Below, piece after piece: positions 47,905 to 55,984 of a DNA stretch of 64,000 bases (the first letter of the stretch is position 1; each line of letters begins with the position of its first letter). The notes under the pieces were generated by a model that was not told the DNA's origin, searched no databases, and saw only the letters and a list, made by a program, of their open reading frames with translations. The translations under genes were made by a program, and so were the position numbers. Origin of the DNA: an uncultured Bacilli bacterium (GTDB taxonomy: Bacteria; Bacillota_I; Bacilli_A; RF39; UBA660); NCBI GenBank assembly GCA_934096125.1, contig CAKOLB010000004.1:55117-119116 (forward strand), given 5' to 3'.

Positions 47905-47971
47905 TTAAACCACCTCTAAAATGCTTTCTTCCAATAACATAATACCATAACGAAAATTAAAAAGCAATAAT

Positions 47972-48037
47972 TTTGTCGGTTATTCTTGACAAAATTATAA
48001 TTACAATGTATATTATAGTTGTCGGGCAATCTTGACA
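47972..48037. promoter_or_regulatory. two copies of a 20-bp operator-like site overlapping -35 elements
   Basis: TTGTCGGTTATTCTTGACAA (47972-47991) and TTGTCGGGCAATCTTGACAA (48018-48037). Each is a TTGTC...GACAA inverted repeat containing TTGACA. The first TTGACA has a 17-nt spacer to TATATT. Confidence 0.5.
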
Positions 48038-48134
48038 AAAAAGGGGGATAGTAATAAAGTAGATTGCTAATGCGACTAATGTTCTTTGAAAATTTACACA
48101 AGTCTTTAAAGGTTAATTAAAAGGGGGTGATAGC

Positions 48135-48638
48135 ATAACAGAATCTATAAAAGATGGGTTTTGGATTATACCTGCAAAAGTAGGTATAGATGATGCACTC
48201 ACATTACAAGATAAATTACTATATGCTCAAATCTTATCATTAACAAGACAAGATGGATTCTGTTTTGCTACTAATTCTTATCTATCTAATTTAAATAATG
48301 TTACTCCAAAAACAATTTCTAACAGTATTTCTAATCTTAAAAAAAATAATTATATACGAGTTGAATATCACAAGGAAAAAATAAATAAAGATAAAAGAAA
48401 AATATTTGTAACTGATAAGGGGGTATGGAAAACAAATCCTGGGGATATAGAAAAAAATGTTAATACCGGTATGGAAGATAATTTCCAATATAATAATATA
48501 AAGAATAAAAAGATAAAAAAATATAATACCAATAATAATGTTCCTTGGTGGCTAGATAAAGAAATTAAAGAAAATCCTGCATCTCTAGAAGAACAAGCAG
48601 AGATGGAAGCACTACTAAGCGAATTTAAAAAAGATTGA
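48135..48638 (+). CDS. HTH_36-type winged-helix protein (plasmid/ICE replication- or regulation-associated), no canonical start codon
   Basis: The frame is open from 48117 to TGA 48636-48638 and encodes ...WIIPAKVGIDDALTLQDKLLYAQILSLTRQDGFCFATNSYLSNLNNVTPKTISNSISNLKKNNYIRVEY. The strong SD AAGGGGG (48121-48127) lies 7 nt before ATA 48135. The first in-frame ATG/GTG/TTG is not until about 48470. Confidence 0.55.
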   Translation: MTESIKDGFWIIPAKVGIDDALTLQDKLLYAQILSLTRQDGFCFATNSYLSNLNNVTPKTISNSISNLKKNNYIRVEYHKEKINKDKRKIFVTDKGVWKTNPGDIEKNVNTGMEDNFQYNNIKNKKIKKYNTNNNVPWWLDKEIKENPASLEEQAEMEALLSEFKKD

Positions 48639-48714
48639 AAAGGAGTTGGTTTTATAAATAAATACAAGACTAAATCATAAAATTTAATAAAAAGGAAAAG
48701 GGGGAATTATAAGA

Positions 48715-48846
48715 ATGGAGGTAGTACTTAAGGCAAAACACACATTTAAAACTGATATATCAAACGAAGAATTATTTAGAGATAGATTTAACGAGATATT
48801 GTTAAAAGTTATATTGCATCTTGAGCAAAATTACCAAAGTAGTTAA
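48715..48846 (+). CDS. small ORF (43 aa) immediately upstream of recombinase 1
   Basis: ATG 48715 preceded by AAAAGGGGG. Encodes MEVVLKAKHTFKTDISNEELFRDRFNEILLKVILHLEQNYQSS. Too short to appear in the track. Confidence 0.35.
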   Translation: MEVVLKAKHTFKTDISNEELFRDRFNEILLKVILHLEQNYQSS

Positions 48847-48937
48847 AAAAATTATAAATAACTATCAAAAAGGGGTATAATATAAGTTGTAGTCGATTTA
48901 GTTCTGATAGTTATACACAGAATTGGAGGATATAACT

Positions 48938-50533
48938 ATGAGACTAAGAGTTGGTATTTATGGGAGGTTATCACAAGAGGATATAGATAAGATAAACAAA
49001 GAAGATGAAAGTGAAAGTATCCAAAATCAAAAAAGAATGTTATTAGAGTATGCTTTAAAAAATGATTGGGATGTAGTTGATATTTATATTGATGAAGATT
49101 ATTCAGGTGCTGGAGTTTATAGACCAGAGTTTGAGAGAATGCTAAAAGATTGTGAAAATGGAAAACTAGATATAGTTTTATGTAAGAGTCAATCAAGATT
49201 CTCGAGAGATATGGAAATAATTGAAAGATATATAAATAACAAATTTAAAGAATGGAATGTTAGATTTATTAGTTTAGTAGATAATATAGATACTGATAAT
49301 AAATCTAATAAGAAATCTATTCAAATATTAGGACTAACTAATGAATGGTATTTAGAAGATTTATCAGATAACATTAAAAGAACAATTAGGAATAAAAAAG
49401 AGTCTGGACAATTTACTGGTTCATTTGCTCCCTATGGTTATTTAAGAAGTGAAGAAGATAAACACAAATTAGTTATTGATCCTATTGCTTCAATCATTGT
49501 TAAAAAGATATTTGAAATGTATAAACAAGGTAATGGTTATACTAAAATAGCAACTTATTTGAATGATACTAATGTTCCTAGTCCTTATGAACACAAAAAA
49601 GCAAGTGGTAGTAAATTTGTATGTGGAAATGTTGGAAAGGAAAAATCATATTGGTATTCAGATACAATTGCTAAAATCTTAAAAGATGAAGTATATATTG
49701 GAAATCTAGTACAAGGAAAAACAAGGCATATAAGTTATAAAAATAAAAAATCAGTTCCTGTTCCTAAAGAAGATTGGATAATTGTTAAAAACACACACGA
49801 ACCTATAATAGATGAAGATACTTGGAATATAGTTTCTGCTAAATTTAAAGGTAGGACAAAGCCAAGTAAATCTGGGGAAATTCATATGTTTACTAAAAAG
49901 GTTTATTGTGATTGTTGCAAAAAAATATTTTATAATGGTTATTCTAAATCAGGAAATGGGAACAAGCATTATTATTTAACTTGTAAGTCTAGAAAATCAG
50001 GGGTGTTTTGTGAAAATAATCTATCTATTAGAGTAGATAAATTAAAAGACTTTATCCTTAATGAGATTAATGAATATATCAAAGTTTATCATAATTCTAA
50101 AGCTTTAAATGAGAAATACCAAAAATTAAATACTAAGAATAATAAAAATGAGATTCAAGAACAAATTAAAACTTTGGAAAAACAACAAACTGAATTAGAA
50201 AAATCACAAAGTAAAAAGAATTCTTATTTAAGAAAATTATATGAAGATAGAATAGAGGGTTTCATTACTGATGAGCAATACAAAGCTTTTAGTAAAGACT
50301 ATGATGATGAATTAAATGAATTGCAAAACAGAATTCAATTAATAAAAGATGAAATCACTCTCTTAAATCAAAGGCACAGTGATATGATTGATAGAGATAA
50401 AATATTTAATAAATATAAATCTATAAAGGAATTAGATAGAAGTATATTAGATGATTTTATAGAAAAAATATATATCGGTGCAGTAGATAAAGAAACGAAT
50501 GAACGAGAAATAAATATTGTATGGGCCATATAA
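48938..50533 (+). CDS. large serine recombinase (resolvase domain, recombinase domain, zinc ribbon, coiled coil)
   Basis: VGIYGRLSQED catalytic-Ser motif, SIQNQ, YIDEDYSG, and SRFSRD. Cys cluster CDCC...C...C. C-terminal coiled coil with FIEKIYIG...REINIVW (DUF4368-like). Start at ATG 48938 behind GGAGG. Confidence 0.9.
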   Translation: MRLRVGIYGRLSQEDIDKINKEDESESIQNQKRMLLEYALKNDWDVVDIYIDEDYSGAGVYRPEFERMLKDCENGKLDIVLCKSQSRFSRDMEIIERYINNKFKEWNVRFISLVDNIDTDNKSNKKSIQILGLTNEWYLEDLSDNIKRTIRNKKESGQFTGSFAPYGYLRSEEDKHKLVIDPIASIIVKKIFEMYKQGNGYTKIATYLNDTNVPSPYEHKKASGSKFVCGNVGKEKSYWYSDTIAKILKDEVYIGNLVQGKTRHISYKNKKSVPVPKEDWIIVKNTHEPIIDEDTWNIVSAKFKGRTKPSKSGEIHMFTKKVYCDCCKKIFYNGYSKSGNGNKHYYLTCKSRKSGVFCENNLSIRVDKLKDFILNEINEYIKVYHNSKALNEKYQKLNTKNNKNEIQEQIKTLEKQQTELEKSQSKKNSYLRKLYEDRIEGFITDEQYKAFSKDYDDELNELQNRIQLIKDEITLLNQRHSDMIDRDKIFNKYKSIKELDRSILDDFIEKIYIGAVDKETNEREINIVWAI

Positions 50534-50550
50534 TTTAGTCCATACAGGAC

Positions 50551-50580
50551 TTGTGTAGAATAAACATAACCTCCACATGG
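50551..50580. repeat. attR of element 1 (P arm TTGTGTAGAATAA plus core ACATGG)
   Basis: Lies 18-47 nt after the recombinase stop. The arm is the inverted repeat of 42257-42269, and the core is identical to 42242-42247. Confidence 0.7.
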
Positions 50581-50806
50581 TGGTGATGATCCGGGGACTA
50601 TTGCAAATGGAATAACTGAAAAAGATTATACTTTGAAGATAACAAATTATATTCACAACAGATTAGATGAACTTGGAGTGCCAAATAAATTATCGAGGAG
50701 TACTGATGAGACTTTAGATGCCAGTAGTAGGCCACAGAGAATACAAAGTCTTTATGGAAATGGGAGTGATGTGATTGTTGTGTCTAATCACATAAATGCA
50801 GGGGGA
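50581..50806 (+). pseudogene. split Amidase_3-LysM hydrolase gene, segment 2 of 3
   Basis: Continues in frame from segment 1: (G)GDDPGTIANGITEKDYTLKITNYIHNRLDELGVPNKLSRSTDETLDASSRPQRIQSLYGNGSDVIVVSNHINAGG. It then diverges and stops at TAA 50816-50818. Confidence 0.8.
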
Positions 50807-50828
50807 CAGGACGCGTAATATGTGGTTA
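50785..50828. repeat. attL of element 2 (B arm TAATCACATA, core GGA, P' arm TATGTGGTTA)
   Basis: TAATCACATA at 50785-50794, GGA at 50804-50806, and TATGTGGTTA at 50819-50828. The last is the inverted form of TAACCACATA. Confidence 0.6.
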
Positions 50829-50928
50829 ATCGTAGGCGCAGTGTATAACTTTAATAAGCTTCTTATTTTACTGTATATGATGGTATAATAGATATATCAA
50901 ATAACTTTAAAGATGAGAGGTGAAAAGA

Positions 50929-51840
50929 ATGTTATATATAACTGGTGATACTCATGGAGATTTTTATAGATTTGGTCATTTAGGATTAAATGAAGGTGAT
51001 ATTATGATTATCTTAGGGGATGTGGGTATTAATTATTACTTAGATGAATATGATAAAAAGTTAAAGGAAAGATTAAAAAGATATAATTTTAAATTTTTCT
51101 GTATTCAAGGTAATCATGAAAAAAGACCAGAAAATATTTCAAGTTACCACGAAGTGGAAATGTTTGGCGGTAAAGTATTTGTAGAAGATGAATATCCTAA
51201 TTTAGTATTTGCTAAAAATGGAGAACTTTATAATATTGATGACAAAAGTATTTTAGTAATAGGTGGAGCTTATTCTATTGATAAAGATTATAGAATAAGT
51301 AAAGGATATCCTTGGTTCAAAGATGAACAATTAACTGAGAAAGAGAGACTAAATATATTGGACGAGTATTCTGGTAAACATGTGGATATAATTTTATCTC
51401 ATACTTGTCCATTAAGATATGAACCTAAAGAAAGCTTTAAATTAAGTTTGCCACAGATTGCGATAGATAAATCTATGGAGTATTTTCTAAATGAAGTAGA
51501 GCAAAGAGTAGATTATGGTAAATGGTATTGTGGACATTATCATTTAGAAAAAATTGTGGACAAGTTAGAGTTTATGTTTGGAAGAATTAAAAGTGTTGAC
51601 ACAGGAGAATTTATTCCTAAATATGATTTCCATAATGGCTACAAAATAGTTAGAGATGTATGTAGTCAAAAAGATTATAAATATTGTCCTGAATGTAAAG
51701 GAGATAATATAATTATAGAAAAAGGTGAAGGACATAATATTAATGGTTTAGATTTTATTGCTATCATTTGTAATGATTGTAAAAAAGTTTATGGATTTAA
51801 TGATGTTAATTATAAACGTAATTGTCCTAAAGAATTGTAA
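50929..51840 (+). CDS. calcineurin-like metallophosphoesterase with C-terminal zinc ribbon
   Basis: GDTHGD, GDVG, and QGNHE motifs, plus SHTCP. C-terminal CPECKG...CNDCKK. Confidence 0.7.
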   Translation: MLYITGDTHGDFYRFGHLGLNEGDIMIILGDVGINYYLDEYDKKLKERLKRYNFKFFCIQGNHEKRPENISSYHEVEMFGGKVFVEDEYPNLVFAKNGELYNIDDKSILVIGGAYSIDKDYRISKGYPWFKDEQLTEKERLNILDEYSGKHVDIILSHTCPLRYEPKESFKLSLPQIAIDKSMEYFLNEVEQRVDYGKWYCGHYHLEKIVDKLEFMFGRIKSVDTGEFIPKYDFHNGYKIVRDVCSQKDYKYCPECKGDNIIIEKGEGHNINGLDFIAIICNDCKKVYGFNDVNYKRNCPKEL

Positions 51841-51914
51841 CTGTGTTTACCAAATTTTAAAATTTATGCTATAATTAAGATGTAATAATTATTTGACTAA
51901 GTGTGGTGAGTAGT

Positions 51915-52550
51915 ATGGAGTATAGAAAATATTCATTTAGACATGCAGAAGATATTTTTAAAAACGATAAGGATTTTACTTATTTATGGAATGAAATTTT
52001 GGAAGTGCTTGATAGTATAAGCGATGATGATTTAATTAATGAATTTAACATTGAAACTAGAAAAGCAAAAAGCATTTCCGAAGCAATTAATAAATTAATT
52101 GCAAAAAGGCTAAGTGAAAAAGGATGGCATGAACAAAGTTACATTTTTGCTGACCCTGATTATTCTGATAATAAAGGTACATGGAGATTAGATTTTGCAA
52201 AAGATAATATTGCAATTGAAGTTGCATTTAATCATGGAGGAAATGTATCTTGGAATTTAATTAAGCCAGTATTATCTAGTGAATTAAATCATGTTAAAAA
52301 GGCAATACAAACTCAAGCTGGCGTTGTCATAACAGCAACTGATGCTATGAAAAAAGCCGGTGGATTTGATAATGCTATCGGTACCTATGAAAAATATGTT
52401 GAATATCTAAAACCATTAAATAATTTGTTAACCACACCTATGATGATAATAGGATTAGAACCACCAAAAAAGTTTACTATTGAGCAGAAAAAAGAAGATG
52501 GTAAAATGGTTGGACATGTTAAATTAAAAGAAGAAGATAATAACTTTTAG
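51915..52550 (+). CDS. BglII/BstYI-fold restriction endonuclease-like protein (orphan)
   Basis: WRLDFAKDNIAIEVAFNH...SSELNH...GVVITAT...TYEKY...MMIIGL parallels the BglII core DIDFGKRDTLVEVQFSN...SELFH...IIITK...LVGL as I recall it. The D-x8-E spacing is kept, but the E-V-Q glutamine position is Ala. Confidence 0.55.
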   Translation: MEYRKYSFRHAEDIFKNDKDFTYLWNEILEVLDSISDDDLINEFNIETRKAKSISEAINKLIAKRLSEKGWHEQSYIFADPDYSDNKGTWRLDFAKDNIAIEVAFNHGGNVSWNLIKPVLSSELNHVKKAIQTQAGVVITATDAMKKAGGFDNAIGTYEKYVEYLKPLNNLLTTPMMIIGLEPPKKFTIEQKKEDGKMVGHVKLKEEDNNF

Positions 52551-52601
52551 ACTTACAATTTTGTGAGTCTTTTTATTTTGAAAAAGAAAGGATACGATAT
52601 T

Positions 52602-52895
52602 ATGAAAATAAAAACAAATAGAGAAGAGGGTTATGTAGTTATGGGTAACTATCATCTAAGAGATAAAAAATTAAGCTTAAAAGCAAAAGGACTATTATCT
52701 ATAATGTTGTCATTACCAGACACATGGTGTTATTCCACGCTAGGATTATCTAGTATTTGTGTTGAAAGCAGGGATACAGTTAGAAATATATTAAAAGAAT
52801 TAAAGGAAGCAAAATATTTAAAGGTAGTTGAAAATAGAGATGAAAATGGTAGATTTAATTATGAATATGTAATTTATGAAAAACCCTATATGTAA
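52602..52895 (+). CDS. HTH_36-type winged-helix protein
   Basis: LSLKAKGLLSIMLSLPDTWCYSTLGLSSICVESRDTVRNILKELKEAKYLKV. Same family pattern as the ORF at 48135. Start set to ATG 52602. Confidence 0.55.
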   Translation: MKIKTNREEGYVVMGNYHLRDKKLSLKAKGLLSIMLSLPDTWCYSTLGLSSICVESRDTVRNILKELKEAKYLKVVENRDENGRFNYEYVIYEKPYM

Positions 52896-53069
52896 TAATC
52901 CATGGTATCATTACGGTTACATGGATTTCCGTATGCGGTTATTTATTCACAATAAATTATTTAGAAGTAATTAATAAAACAAATAGATAAAGTCGATAAA
53001 ACCTCTATCGATTCAAAAAAAGAGAAGGTTTTATAGTATAATTTCTCTTTTCATTGGTTAATTTAGCTA

Positions 53070-54467
53070 TTAAATAAATTCTTTTAATATATTTTCTAAG
53101 TATTTACTATTTAACCAAAAACAATGCTTTGTATATTCAGCTAATCCTGTTAACTTGTCTTTTACAGGTAATGGCAAAGTATCTTTTGAGTCTCTAGCAT
53201 GTGGTCTAACATGGCAAACTCCATTATCCCCGATTCCTGGAAAGTTAGTATTTCTTTTACCCATATTATCAATTGATTTAATAATATTTCCAGATAAAAT
53301 AATGTTTTTTGTATTATTCCACATATTTTTCACTTCATTTTCAAGTGTTAGTTCTGGCATGTTCCATAATTTTATACCACTAAAGATATAATCATTATCT
53401 TTCTTTTTAAATATAAAGAACATGTATTTTGTAGTTTCTAATTCTTCTTTTAACTTTGATTCTTCCCAATCAGTTGTTTTAAAATCCATATAATTGAAAT
53501 ATGGAAAAGGCATAGATTCTTTAATGTGTCCATTTTCTTCAACTCTGATTGTTCTTGGAACTATATTTGCTTTTTGGAATTCATCAGTATCACGAAGTCT
53601 AGATTTAACATTAAACATTCTAGCTATCAGTATTCCATTTAAATTTTTTGCATTAGAATCAATATTAAATTCATGCATTAATTGTTTTTGAGTTTTCCCC
53701 TGATATTTCTTGGTAACATTTTCAACAAATTCAGTAAATGATTCACCAGCATTTTTAATAACTTTTTCAACATCTTCATAATTTCCAATATATTTTCTAA
53801 CGAGTCCTGTCATATAAGAAGTTTTTAAACAAAATGCTCTTTGCTTTGCTTTAATTGATGAAAAAGGTTGTTCTCTAACGGATTTTTTATTTGCTCCTTT
53901 TGTACAAGCACCAAGATACATTGTATCTGCTTCTGATATCTCATGGGCTTTTCCTTGTTTAATTTTATTAATTATTGTTTCCCAATCCTTAATAATTATT
54001 GGTAAATCTTCTTTTGGAAATGTAAATAATAACTCGTGTGTTATTCTTAAATCATTTTTATTTTTGTGAGGTTCGTAAAAATACCAAATTATTTGAATTT
54101 TATTATTTTTAAACCAAAAATGACTAGAGTAAAATTCATTTTTATATTCATCCATATAATTAATTATGTTTAGAACAAGTCTTTCTTTAGCTGATAAAGT
54201 ATTGTCTTTGTTTTTCTTATACGGTGTAACTTTAAGTTCTATTCCCGCATCAATAAAGTCAGGCGCAGATATTGAATTAATGTTGTATCCATATACATTA
54301 GTTTCAAATAAATGACCAAAGAAAGCTTTATTAAACTTTTCATCATCTTTGTTATATTCATTGTTATAAATAGTTGTTACATTCATATTATTTAATTCTT
54401 TAAAAGTTTTTCCTAATGCACTTTTAGCTAAAATTTGAATTTCATCTTTTGTGTAACTTTTTGCCAT
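53070..54467 (-). CDS. MutH/Sau3AI-family type II restriction endonuclease
   Basis: N-terminal MutH-like core APDFIDAGIELKVTP (D...E-x-K). The size fits the two-domain Sau3AI type. Divergently paired with a C5 methyltransferase. Confidence 0.7.
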   Translation of the reverse strand: MAKSYTKDEIQILAKSALGKTFKELNNMNVTTIYNNEYNKDDEKFNKAFFGHLFETNVYGYNINSISAPDFIDAGIELKVTPYKKNKDNTLSAKERLVLNIINYMDEYKNEFYSSHFWFKNNKIQIIWYFYEPHKNKNDLRITHELLFTFPKEDLPIIIKDWETIINKIKQGKAHEISEADTMYLGACTKGANKKSVREQPFSSIKAKQRAFCLKTSYMTGLVRKYIGNYEDVEKVIKNAGESFTEFVENVTKKYQGKTQKQLMHEFNIDSNAKNLNGILIARMFNVKSRLRDTDEFQKANIVPRTIRVEENGHIKESMPFPYFNYMDFKTTDWEESKLKEELETTKYMFFIFKKKDNDYIFSGIKLWNMPELTLENEVKNMWNNTKNIILSGNIIKSIDNMGKRNTNFPGIGDNGVCHVRPHARDSKDTLPLPVKDKLTGLAEYTKHCFWLNSKYLENILKEFI

Positions 54468-54636
54468 AAAAATTTCCTTTCGATCTTGTTTTTATCTCAA
54501 AAATAATTTAAAATATATATATAGTGTTGATCTTTTTAAAATATTATTTTATAATTAATATGTAAGAAGTTGATCTTTTCGCTTAAATATATTATAATAT
54601 ATTTAAATATGTTTAACAATTATTAGGAGGCGTTTT

Positions 54637-55875
54637 ATGCAAAAAACAGTAGTAGAATTATTTGCCGGTGTTGGTGGATTTAGATGTGGATTAAATAATG
54701 TAAAATTAAAAGATAATAAAGTTATTGAAAAAGGTAATTGGAATTTTGTGTGGGCGAATCAATGGGAACCTTCTACTAAAACACAAGAGGCTTTTGAATG
54801 CTATTCAAAAAGATTTGGAAAGGATGATGTTAGTAATGTAGATATATTTCAAGTAAATAAAAAAGAGATACCTAATCATACTTTATTAGTTGGTGGTTTT
54901 CCATGTCAAGATTATTCTGTTGCACAGACACTATCTAATAGCAAAGGAATTGATGGAAAAAAAGGTGTTTTGTGGTGGGCAATTGCAGATATATTAAAAG
55001 TTAAGAAACCTCCATTTGTGTTTTTAGAAAATGTTGATCGCTTACTTCTTTCGCCAGCGAGTCAAAGAGGCAGAGATTTTGGAATAATTTTGAGAAGTTT
55101 TTATGAAAATGGATATGATTTAGAATGGCGAGTTATCAATGCGGGAGAATATGGATTTCAACAAAAACGTAGGAGAATTTATATAATTGCATATCACAAA
55201 TCAACTAAATATTGTAAGAAAATGAGAAAAATTGATAAGAAAAATATATTACTTAAGGAAGGTATTTTCATAAAACAGTTTCCTGTAAAAGAGAAAGAGT
55301 TTAACTCAAATGTATCAAGTATTTCAGAATATAAAGATTTAGTCGATGTTAGTGATAATTTTAAAAACCAATTTTATAATTCTGGAGTTATGATAAATGG
55401 TGAAATATATACTGCCAAATTAGAACATAATTGCGATAGTGTATATCAGTTAGGCAATTTAATAGAAACTAATAAGGTTGATGAAAAATATTTCCTTTCA
55501 AAAGATAGAATTGAGAAATTTAGAATATTAAAGGGAAGTAAAAGAATACCTAGAAAAAAGCCAAATGGAGATGATTACATTTATTCTGAAGGTTCAATGC
55601 CATTTCCTGATAATCTAAATGTTCCTGCTAGAACAATGCTGACTTCAGAAAGTGGAACTAGCAGAATGACACATGTTATAGAGGACTATAGAACTAAAAA
55701 ATTAAGATTTTTAACACCATTAGAGTGTGAAAGAATTAATGGATTTCCAGATAATTGGACAAATACTGGGATGAGTGATAAGAAACGATATTTCATGATG
55801 GGTAACGCTTTAGTAGTAAATGTTGTTGAAAAAATAGGGATTGAATTGGAAAAAATAGTAGAAATGGAAGAGTAA
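54637..55875 (+). CDS. DNA (cytosine-5)-methyltransferase, Sau3AI-type (GATC specificity inferred)
   Basis: Motif I ELFAGVGGF, motif IV GGFPCQDYS, motif VI LENVDRLL, motif VIII QQKRRRIYIIA, and motif X GNALVV. WANQWEPS and SPASQRGRDF resemble M.Sau3AI-like enzymes. Confidence 0.85.
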   Translation: MQKTVVELFAGVGGFRCGLNNVKLKDNKVIEKGNWNFVWANQWEPSTKTQEAFECYSKRFGKDDVSNVDIFQVNKKEIPNHTLLVGGFPCQDYSVAQTLSNSKGIDGKKGVLWWAIADILKVKKPPFVFLENVDRLLLSPASQRGRDFGIILRSFYENGYDLEWRVINAGEYGFQQKRRRIYIIAYHKSTKYCKKMRKIDKKNILLKEGIFIKQFPVKEKEFNSNVSSISEYKDLVDVSDNFKNQFYNSGVMINGEIYTAKLEHNCDSVYQLGNLIETNKVDEKYFLSKDRIEKFRILKGSKRIPRKKPNGDDYIYSEGSMPFPDNLNVPARTMLTSESGTSRMTHVIEDYRTKKLRFLTPLECERINGFPDNWTNTGMSDKKRYFMMGNALVVNVVEKIGIELEKIVEMEE

Positions 55876-55984
55876 ATGAAAAAATGTTAAAATTTGGTAA
55901 TTTATCTAAATAGTGTTATAATTTTATACAGAAGATATGCAGTATTTGTCTTTTTAAGATGGATACTGCATTTTTTTGAAGTAG

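Larger units (their letters stand above)
42248..50580 (+). mobile_element. intervening element 1: 8,333-bp serine-recombinase integrative mobilisable element (Tn4451-like organisation)
   Basis: Bounded by a shared ACATGG core (42242-42247 and 50575-50580). Carries a MobV relaxase and a terminal large serine recombinase. The amidase reading frame resumes exactly at the right end. Confidence 0.8.

Noticed and set aside
48291-48667. Two minus-strand ORFs (48291-48488 and 48368-48667) listed in the track.
   Set aside because: Their translations are low-complexity, and they lie antisense to a plus-strand frame that encodes a convincing HTH_36-type protein.
50784-50796. The 13-bp direct repeat CTAATCACATAAA (also at 62195-62207) as the recombination crossover or target-site duplication of element 2.
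   Set aside because: Joining the gene at this repeat shifts the amidase frame and gives a premature stop. Joining at GGA (50804-50806 and 62216-62218) restores the conserved HINAGGGGDGAEV. The repeat is better explained as similar recombinase-binding arms in attB and attP.
50633-50818. ORF 50633-50818 and ORF 62372-63133 as independent genes.
   Set aside because: Both frames stay open upstream of their listed starts and continue the Amidase_3 sequence colinearly, so they are fragments of one interrupted gene. An internal ATG at 62372 could still yield a LysM-only product, but that is not the parsimonious reading.
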